A stretch of 64,000 bases of DNA from Candidatus Magasanikiibacteriota bacterium (lineage in GTDB: Bacteria > Patescibacteriota > Patescibacteriia > Magasanikbacterales > UBA922): assembly GCA_018651085.1 (NCBI GenBank), contig JABIEQ010000014.1, forward strand, positions 161,807-225,806, read 5' to 3'. Of the stretch, positions 57,098 through 64,000 are shown piece by piece. The position numbers and the translations under genes were made by a program. The first letter of the stretch is position 1. Every line of letters begins with the position of its first letter. The notes under the pieces were generated by a model. It made no database searches. It had not been told where the DNA came from and worked only from the letters and a program-made list of their open reading frames with translations.

Positions 57098-57754
57098 TTA
57101 TCGTATAAATCGATCCATAAATAAATCTCGTACAATGGTAACACCTCCTCGTAACCCTTGACCAAACTCATGGTACGTTACTAACACAGGATGTTCAATA
57201 TATTGAAGCTTATAACGTTGTACCAATGCTGGTATTTGTGTAGCGTGAGCCATACCATCTTGTGTAATAACAACGTGCAATAATGCTTTTCGATTTAATA
57301 TGCGAAATCCATTATGCACATCACGAAGACGTACTCGAGCAAACAAACGATTGATAAGGCGACCAATAGGAAAAAATAAATATCGCTTTAAAAAAGGAAT
57401 ATTTGAATCTTTACCTAAAAAACGTGAACCAAATAATACATCCACACCTGATTCTTTCAATTTTGTGTATGCAGGCAAGATATCAGATACATCAAATTGT
57501 CCATCTCCATCAAAGTGAAGTACATGAGTTGCACCGAGATCAAGTGCACACACATGACCAGTCTGAAGTGATGCCCCTTGTCCACGATTCACACCATGAG
57601 AAATAACAAAAGCGCCAGCTTCTTTTGCAAGAAACGCTGTATTATCAGTTGAACAATCATCAACAACAATCACCCTATCAACATGAGGATGCAATCTTGT
57701 TACGACATTAAAAATGTGTTTTGCCTCATTAAAGGCAGGGACAATAGCAATAAA
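57098..57754 (-). CDS. Glycosyltransferase family 2 (polyprenyl-phosphate sugar transferase-like).
   Basis: IAIVPAFNEAKHIFNVVTRL...VIVVDDCSTDNT. The start is chosen at MFIAIV. Confidence 0.7.
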   Translation of the reverse strand, partial: FIAIVPAFNEAKHIFNVVTRLHPHVDRVIVVDDCSTDNTAFLAKEAGAFVISHGVNRGQGASLQTGHVCALDLGATHVLHFDGDGQFDVSDILPAYTKLKESGVDVLFGSRFLGKDSNIPFLKRYLFFPIGRLINRLFARVRLRDVHNGFRILNRKALLHVVITQDGMAHATQIPALVQRYKLQYIEHPVLVTYHEFGQGLRGGVTIVRDLFMDRFIR

Positions 57755-57802
57755 CATAGTGCATTCTTTGAGAAACCATAACACACCAAAGAAAAAAAGC
57801 AA

Positions 57803-58834
57803 CTATGGCAAGTAATTATGCAGTTCCACCACTTCTTTATTAGCAATCGTATAATCAATAGTCTTTTTAAGACCAGTTTTCACATCAACTATTGGAATCC
57901 AATCAAGATGTTCTTTTGCAACACGAAGATCAGGAATACCTTTATTAGTGAGGAAAAGAAGCGGATCTTCAAATACGACTTTAGAGCTAGAATTAGTCAT
58001 TTGAATAATCATATTTGCAATGTCACCCATTCTAAACACTCTATCAGAACCAAGATTGACAATAGACACATCTCGAGGGGCATGCATAAGGCGCACTAAT
58101 CCATCAATCATATCAGACACATAACAAAGTGATTGATTCAATTCTTCCGTCCCATATACCACAAGTGGTTTTCCTTCTAAGGCCTGAATAATAAAATCAG
58201 GAATAAGCAACCCATCATGCAGACGCATTCTTGGCCCATAAGTCGTAAACACTCGTGCCATTTTAGCATCAAGTCCATAAACATCTCGATACGTTTGTAC
58301 ACATGTTTCAGCAAACCGCTTTCCTTCATCATAACATCCTCTTGGAGATAAATGTTGCACAATACCTTCATCTGTTTCAGTAAAGACATAGTGATCTTCA
58401 CTTGGGGCTCCATACACGACAGAACTCGAAGCAAACACATAGCGCGCATGATATTTTGTGGCAAGTTCAAGGGTCGCAATCATGGCATTTGAATTTGCTT
58501 GAAGAGAATGAATCTTTTTTTCTTCAAAATTCTTTGGACTCGTAGGACAAGCAAGATGATAAATTTCTTGAATACCTTGAAATCGTACTTTAAACTTATC
58601 AAGTTCTTCAAAATCTTCAAGATGAATTGGATTTGTCACATCAAACTTAATAAACTCAAAATCCGGATACTGTAACAAATGATCAATATTTTGTATTGAT
58701 GAATTTGATAAGTCATCAATACAAATAACTTTTGCTTCTCGAAGTAGCCGTTCACATAAGTGAGATCCTAAAAAACCTGCACCACCGGTGACAAGGACAT
58801 TCTTTTTTTCAAAAATGGGAGTATCTTGTTGCAT
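57803..58834 (-). CDS. NAD-dependent epimerase/dehydratase (UDP-glucuronate decarboxylase/UXS-like SDR).
   Basis: VLVTGGAGFLGSHLCERLL Rossmann motif. YxxxK region (YDEGKR). Confidence 0.75.
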   Translation of the reverse strand: MQQDTPIFEKKNVLVTGGAGFLGSHLCERLLREAKVICIDDLSNSSIQNIDHLLQYPDFEFIKFDVTNPIHLEDFEELDKFKVRFQGIQEIYHLACPTSPKNFEEKKIHSLQANSNAMIATLELATKYHARYVFASSSVVYGAPSEDHYVFTETDEGIVQHLSPRGCYDEGKRFAETCVQTYRDVYGLDAKMARVFTTYGPRMRLHDGLLIPDFIIQALEGKPLVVYGTEELNQSLCYVSDMIDGLVRLMHAPRDVSIVNLGSDRVFRMGDIANMIIQMTNSSSKVVFEDPLLFLTNKGIPDLRVAKEHLDWIPIVDVKTGLKKTIDYTIANKEVVELHNYLP

Positions 58835-58843
58835 AAAACATTA

Positions 58844-60811
58844 TTATTCGATAAACGGAACAACCCGAATAGGAAGAAGTGGACTTCGTCCAAATGGATA
58901 CCATGAACGAACACGTTTCCCTTCAGGGCTCCAAACACGCATACGACGATTTTTTGTTCGCTGAGATACTTGTATTTCAGAAATACCATCTCGATCGTGA
59001 TCAGTCACAAACACACTTAATCCTCCTTTATAGTTATTGCTCGCAACATAAAAACGATGAATTTCATTTCTATTTTTTTCAAATAACATCACATAGGCAG
59101 ATTCTCCAACACCACCAGCGCCAAGATATTCAATTTCACCATCACCATCAAAATCTCCTGCTCCAACAACAGCTCGTTTATTAAAAGGTAGTGGTATTCT
59201 ACGACGAATTTTTAAACGTCGATTAAAATGATATAACTGCACACCATCATCCGTTAAAAATGAAGCTAAGAGCTCATGTCTATCAAGTGATCCATACCGA
59301 ACAGAAGAAACAGACACACCCTTATGGGGAGTATCTATGCGGTATGTTTCAACAGACTCTCCAGATAATGAAAATACCCGAAATGCTGTCTTTGTTGCAT
59401 ACGTTGGAGAAAGAATAATTTCAAAGCCCTTATCTCCTGTAACATCAGCAACATAAATATCTTCTTTCCCAGATGAAGGAACAACCCAGGCATGTTCTTC
59501 TCGCCAAGTATTGTCATATACACGAACAGTAACAGCATCATTCTTGTAATCAACACTCACAGCATACCGCTTACTTCGTTTTACAAACATAGTCAAAGCA
59601 TCCACATCAATAAGTTCTTCACGAACCTCTCGAGTTATTTTTCTTGTATGTGTATCTCGTGTACTTACCGTTCCGGTATCAGGTTCAAAACCGAATAACA
59701 CATCATACTGTGAGGTAAACATATTTTGTTCGGCAAATCGTACAGCATTATCAATTTGAAGTAATCCTGCTCCAAATAAATCTTCATAAACGTCAGGATC
59801 TTCTGGTGGAGTTTTATGCACTGTTGAAAATAAAATATCAGCAACTTGATCTGGCGTAAGTTCAGGATGAATACTTAAAATAAGTGCAGCAGTAGCACTC
59901 ACAAATGGAGTTGCAAATGAAGTGCCATTAAACCCATCCCCAAATAAAGAAGAAGAATCTGCTAAATCACTAGAAATATCTACACCAGGAGCAGTTATGT
60001 CAACACAAGATGCTCCAACATTAGAAAAACTCGCATTATGTCTTGTTTGATTCACAGCACTAACTCCAATAACCCATTCACCATCAATATCGGCGTCAGC
60101 ACAAATAGGAAACCGTGGGCTCTTTTCAAGATGTAAACTACTATTCCCAGCGGCAGCTACAACCACTACCCCTTGCAAATGAGCATATTCAAGAGCATCA
60201 ATCAGTGATTCAGATCGCTCTGGAGTTACTAAACTCATATTAATCACATGAGCACCGTTATCAACAGCATATCGAATGGCATCCGCTACAGGTTGAGATG
60301 AGCCGGTGCCACTTTTACCAATCACAACAAGATTCATAAGTGACGATTGGCTAATTCCAGCTCCAGCAATACTATTATCAATAACCCCACCAATAATTCC
60401 AGCAACAGCAGTCGCATGATGAAAAACATCACGAGGTTTACCAACACGGATATTTTTGTCAGAGACAACTTCTAAGTCATGAGTATTTGTCAGAAAATTC
60501 CACCCATGCACATCATCAATGAATCCATTATTGTCATCATCCTTACCATTATCAGCAATTTCACCCGGGTTTACCCAAACATTTGGTTTTAAATCAGGAT
60601 GATCAATATCAAACCCATTATCAATAACCGCAACAACAATAGAGGAATCTCCTTTTGTGTAATCCCAAGCTTCATATACATTGGTCGTATCATATGACCA
60701 TTGTTGAACCTCTGGATCATTTGGAACAAACGCATGTGCTGGCACAGAAAAAAAGGCCACAGAAGTAATAAGACAAATAATCAATAAAAGAGAACGAAAA
60801 AAAGCATGCAT
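58844..60811 (-). CDS. S8-family subtilisin-like serine peptidase with a C-terminal FG-GAP/beta-propeller-like region.
   Basis: Signal peptide. Catalytic Asp/His/Ser context (VAVIDNGFD, HGTAVAGIIGG, GTSFATPFVSATAALI). C-terminal GDFDGDG repeats. Confidence 0.8.
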   Translation of the reverse strand: MHAFFRSLLLIICLITSVAFFSVPAHAFVPNDPEVQQWSYDTTNVYEAWDYTKGDSSIVVAVIDNGFDIDHPDLKPNVWVNPGEIADNGKDDDNNGFIDDVHGWNFLTNTHDLEVVSDKNIRVGKPRDVFHHATAVAGIIGGVIDNSIAGAGISQSSLMNLVVIGKSGTGSSQPVADAIRYAVDNGAHVINMSLVTPERSESLIDALEYAHLQGVVVVAAAGNSSLHLEKSPRFPICADADIDGEWVIGVSAVNQTRHNASFSNVGASCVDITAPGVDISSDLADSSSLFGDGFNGTSFATPFVSATAALILSIHPELTPDQVADILFSTVHKTPPEDPDVYEDLFGAGLLQIDNAVRFAEQNMFTSQYDVLFGFEPDTGTVSTRDTHTRKITREVREELIDVDALTMFVKRSKRYAVSVDYKNDAVTVRVYDNTWREEHAWVVPSSGKEDIYVADVTGDKGFEIILSPTYATKTAFRVFSLSGESVETYRIDTPHKGVSVSSVRYGSLDRHELLASFLTDDGVQLYHFNRRLKIRRRIPLPFNKRAVVGAGDFDGDGEIEYLGAGGVGESAYVMLFEKNRNEIHRFYVASNNYKGGLSVFVTDHDRDGISEIQVSQRTKNRRMRVWSPEGKRVRSWYPFGRSPLLPIRVVPFIE

Positions 60812-60815
60812 ACAG

Positions 60816-62330
60816 TTACAATGGGGTTACAACACCATTAAGTAAAATAGTTGGATATAAAACGTCTTCTGCAACCCGACGAATTCGAGAACGTACAGAT
60901 GATACCGGTACTGGTATCGAGGGTGTACTTATAAACCGTGAAAAAATATTGTTAGTAATAAACCCCTTATCAGAAAGACTATCACCTAAAGAATACCTAC
61001 GCCCATTAAAACGATGATATGAAAATATTTCTTCTCCAGGATATCGAACAACACTTCCTTGTGGGTACCTATATGTAAACGATGGAAGTTCAGTAAATGT
61101 TCCAGACCCAACAGGACTTGTAAACGCAAGCACTTCTTCTCCATCAGAAACACCATCTTCATCAGTATCAGAAATAATAGGGTCACTAAACCAATAAACA
61201 ATTTCTTCGTAATCACTAAGACCATCGTTATCACTATCACTATCAGTGTCAGAAGATCCCCACGTTTCTTCATCTTCCTTTTCAATACCATCTCCATCAG
61301 TATCAACAACGCCATCGTCATCTTCTCCTTTCACATGTCGAATAGTATAAAACTGTCTTTCAGGATCAGACAATACTAAAATACGACGAGCCCAATCTTC
61401 TCCAAAAAGAAGCATAGCTTCAACTTCAGATAAGATAGGACGAATATAATTTCCTGGTTCTACTGAATAAATATGAGGGCTTGAAGAAAATTTAATAAGC
61501 CATGTCCCAGGACGAATCCCAACAGGCTGTCCAATCTGATATTCTTGTAACTTTGCATTACTTACCACATGAACATTAGAAAAATCTGTATACCAAGAAT
61601 GATACACTGACGAACGTAAAAATGGATGCAATCTTCCATCAAATCCAAAGTAATACAACTGCCCTCGCTGCCCTTTAATAAGACTTCCTTCAGGAATAAA
61701 TCGATCAGGTTGAATATAGGTTATTCTCTCAGAAATAACTTTCTTTTTATCATTCCCATCAATAAACTCAACATACACCTTCTTTTTGCCACTTTCGGCC
61801 GTTAAAATCCATCGCACATCATGCTGTAACGTAGTAAGTGGTTCAACATCATCAAAATCCCTTGTATTATTAATACGGATTTCTTCAACGCCATCAGCAA
61901 AAATAAGATCAAGAGATACATATCGTGAATCCGTCACTTCATCTTCATCATTTATTGTCATATCAACCTCAAGAACTTTAGGGACTTTCAGTTCAACATC
62001 ATCTTTTACGGCACTAATAAGAACCCTTCGTTTATCACGAAACTGTACGTAAACTTCTTTTGTCCCACTCCCTGCAGTAAGCTTCCAACGCTTACTTTTT
62101 CGCACACTTTTCCACAAAATACCATCAAATCCATCAACATGCGATATACGCATCTGACGAGCATTGGTTGGTGGTGTTATACGAAGAGTCACCGTACGAT
62201 TTTTGGTAATACCATCTCCTACAATAAGCACACGGGGGGTAAGGGCAAAGACACTGACAGATACCACAAAAATCCCAACGAGGCAGAGAACAGTATAAAA
62301 CCAATACGGAAAATATTGATTTTTTATCAT
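60816..62330 (-). CDS. Membrane-anchored hypothetical protein with thrombospondin type 3-like Asp-rich repeats.
   Basis: N-terminal TM helix (YTVLCLVGIFVVSVSVFA). DTDGDGIEKEDEE...DTDEDGVSDGEEV segments. Confidence 0.5.
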   Translation of the reverse strand: MIKNQYFPYWFYTVLCLVGIFVVSVSVFALTPRVLIVGDGITKNRTVTLRITPPTNARQMRISHVDGFDGILWKSVRKSKRWKLTAGSGTKEVYVQFRDKRRVLISAVKDDVELKVPKVLEVDMTINDEDEVTDSRYVSLDLIFADGVEEIRINNTRDFDDVEPLTTLQHDVRWILTAESGKKKVYVEFIDGNDKKKVISERITYIQPDRFIPEGSLIKGQRGQLYYFGFDGRLHPFLRSSVYHSWYTDFSNVHVVSNAKLQEYQIGQPVGIRPGTWLIKFSSSPHIYSVEPGNYIRPILSEVEAMLLFGEDWARRILVLSDPERQFYTIRHVKGEDDDGVVDTDGDGIEKEDEETWGSSDTDSDSDNDGLSDYEEIVYWFSDPIISDTDEDGVSDGEEVLAFTSPVGSGTFTELPSFTYRYPQGSVVRYPGEEIFSYHRFNGRRYSLGDSLSDKGFITNNIFSRFISTPSIPVPVSSVRSRIRRVAEDVLYPTILLNGVVTPL

Positions 62331-62388
62331 AATTATGCTATAAATAGAGCAATTACAGTATATCAAATAATACGCACAAAGGACAATT

Positions 62389-63783
62389 ATGCTGTCATTT
62401 AATTACCGAACCAAACAATGCATTCTTCTTGTAGGAGATATTGTGACATTTTTCACAGGATTATGGGTTGCTGTCCTTATAAGACAGTTCCAAATTCCAG
62501 ATATTACCTATATAAAGAGCCTTCTTCCACTCTTTGGTGTGGTATTTTTTTGTTGGATAGTTATTAACTACATTAGTAGCCTCTACGATATAGAACAAGT
62601 CACCTATACCAAACAATACTACAAACGATTCACTGAAACAGCTGTTATTTCATTTGTTGTTGGAATCATTTTTTTCTATTTATCTCCAAATAAAGACATT
62701 GCACCAAAAACAATTCTCCTATTAACCGCAGCAATCGGATACAGTGGAAGTGCCATATGGAGACGAAGCTACAAAAATATTTTTCGTGCAAAAAGACTTA
62801 CAACAAACGTCATGTTTGTTGGCTATAACAATGAAATAAAAGAACTTATAACCCTCCTTCAACACCAACCAGAAAAAGGGTTTAAAATAAACACCATTAT
62901 TGATCCAGAAAAATCGATAGATAAAGAAGAAATGAAAGATATTGAAATCTATCATGGATTACATACCATTAGACCAGCAATTACTAGTCATCACATTAAT
63001 CTCGTAGTCATTGCACCACATCTACGTAAAAATGTAGAAGCACTTCGAGAACTCTATGAACTCCTTTTTTGGTCTGTAGAAATTACTGACCTTACTTCAT
63101 TTTATGAACAAATCACTGGACGTATTCCACCGTCAACATTTTCTGAAGGATGGTTTTTAGATCACATCAAAAATACGACACACCCCGTATATAACCGTAT
63201 TCGTACTATCCTTGATTATGGAGCTGGATTTCTTCTTGGTCTCATATTTATAATTCTTCTACCGTTTATTGCCATAGCTATCAAGGCAAGTTCAAAAGGG
63301 GCAATATTTTTTACACAAACACGAGTAGGCAAAAATGGAAGACAGTTCAAACTCTATAAATTCCGATCAATGTATACACTTGCTCCTGACGGAAGTGCTG
63401 AAATAGATGGAGTCCAGTTTGCAAAAAAAGAAGATGTTCGTATAACATGGATTGGAAAAATATTACGAAAAGTACGACTTGATGAACTACCGCAAGCCCT
63501 AAATCTTTTAAAACGAGACGTCACCCTTATTGGCCCAAGACCAGAAAGACCAGAAATAGTCCAACAACTCGAAGAACGCATGCCTTATTATCCACTTCGT
63601 CACGTCATGAGACCAGGAATTACAGGATGGGCAGTTATAAATCAAAACTATACAGACACATTAGAATCATCACTTGAAAAACTACAATACGATCTTTATT
63701 ACATCAAAAACAAATCCCTTCTCATGGACATGTCAATTCTCTTACGAACAGTAAATGTCATTGCACGATTCATGGGACAATAA
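62389..63783 (+). CDS. Polyprenyl-phosphate hexose-1-phosphate transferase (bacterial sugar transferase, WbaP/CpsE-like).
   Basis: C-terminal catalytic domain KLYKFRSM...DELPQALNLLKRDVTLIGPRPE...RPGITGWAVI. N-terminal TM helices. Confidence 0.8.
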   Translation: MLSFNYRTKQCILLVGDIVTFFTGLWVAVLIRQFQIPDITYIKSLLPLFGVVFFCWIVINYISSLYDIEQVTYTKQYYKRFTETAVISFVVGIIFFYLSPNKDIAPKTILLLTAAIGYSGSAIWRRSYKNIFRAKRLTTNVMFVGYNNEIKELITLLQHQPEKGFKINTIIDPEKSIDKEEMKDIEIYHGLHTIRPAITSHHINLVVIAPHLRKNVEALRELYELLFWSVEITDLTSFYEQITGRIPPSTFSEGWFLDHIKNTTHPVYNRIRTILDYGAGFLLGLIFIILLPFIAIAIKASSKGAIFFTQTRVGKNGRQFKLYKFRSMYTLAPDGSAEIDGVQFAKKEDVRITWIGKILRKVRLDELPQALNLLKRDVTLIGPRPERPEIVQQLEERMPYYPLRHVMRPGITGWAVINQNYTDTLESSLEKLQYDLYYIKNKSLLMDMSILLRTVNVIARFMGQ

Positions 63784-63811
63784 AAACACCACAGTATATG
63801 TGGTGTTTTTT
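63784..63811. terminator. Rho-independent terminator, bidirectional.
   Basis: aaACACCACagtatatGTGGTGTtttttt. Confidence 0.6.
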
Positions 63812-63826
63812 AAATGAAAAAATATA

Positions 63827-64000
63827 TTACTCCCCTAACCATTCTTGTTTTAATGAAGCTAACCCTTCAAGAAAAGGCATAGTGGGTTCCCAAGACAAAA
63901 GATCTTTTGCTCGAGTAGAATCGGATTCAATGAAACGCATTTCCCCTTGTCGCTCAGGAATATGTACAGATTCTCCTGAAATAAATTGAGATATAGCATT
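63827..64000 (-). CDS. C-terminal end of an NAD-dependent sugar epimerase/dehydratase (SDR). 5' partial: the gene continues beyond the window.
   Basis: Minus-strand translation ...ISGESVHIPERQGEMRFIESDSTRAKDLLSWEPTMPFLEGLASLKQEWLGE* resembles SDR epimerase C-termini. Confidence 0.45.
   Translation of the reverse strand, partial: NAISQFISGESVHIPERQGEMRFIESDSTRAKDLLSWEPTMPFLEGLASLKQEWLGE

Noticed and set aside
1-64000. CRISPR arrays, cas genes, transposases, integrases, rRNA genes.
   Set aside because: No regularly spaced direct repeats were found, and no ORF has recognisable Cas, transposase or integrase motifs. The only tandem repeats are the 24-nt pair at 43805 and the intragenic TSP3/microsatellite repeats.

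Overview
This is an AT-rich bacterial segment (roughly 33-35% GC by eye) with short intergenic spacers. Native genes have no obvious Shine-Dalgarno sequences. There are many GT2/GT4 glycosyltransferases and several giant or repeat-rich (thrombospondin type 3, Big_2, CARDB-like) surface proteins. A split ComEC, an Elp3 homolog, RNase Y and HU are also present. I infer, without being able to confirm, that this is a reduced-genome uncultivated lineage such as a CPR/Patescibacteria-like bacterium.

Housekeeping genes I can recognise are mnmA, mraY, a Mur ligase (Mpl/MurC-like), glyA, tsaE, rarA, cls, mutY, leuS, gdh, trxA, infB, ppa, truB, rny, HU and a PBP2-type transpeptidase. There is also a peroxiredoxin/superoxide dismutase pair, two NUDIX hydrolases and two tRNAs (Glu-CUC and CAU).

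Two glycan-biosynthesis clusters are present: 1268-6691, and 55592 to the window end.

The most unusual features are:
- Two to three sharply bounded GC-rich islands (about 32150-34400, 37100-37470 and 47700-49010) carry secreted proteins and an NhaA antiporter. Their genes have canonical GGAGG ribosome-binding sites that the native genes lack. Two of the islands abut long perfect hairpins.
- A family of long perfect inverted-repeat hairpins, including two related roughly 92-96-nt elements that bracket a methyltransferase gene.
- A truncated Ate1/Bpt-like aminoacyl-tRNA transferase homolog sits inside a peptidoglycan-precursor gene cluster.
- A DsbA-like oxidoreductase is paired with a small membrane protein carrying a single intramembrane CxxC.
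- An orphan TraD/VirD4-like ATPase has a poly-Lys/Arg tail encoded by a (CTTT/CTCTTT)n microsatellite.
- A 55-aa LysW-like zinc ribbon is missing from the ORF track.

No CRISPR array, transposase, integrase or rRNA was seen. All homology statements rest on motifs I recognised by eye and need confirmation by search.
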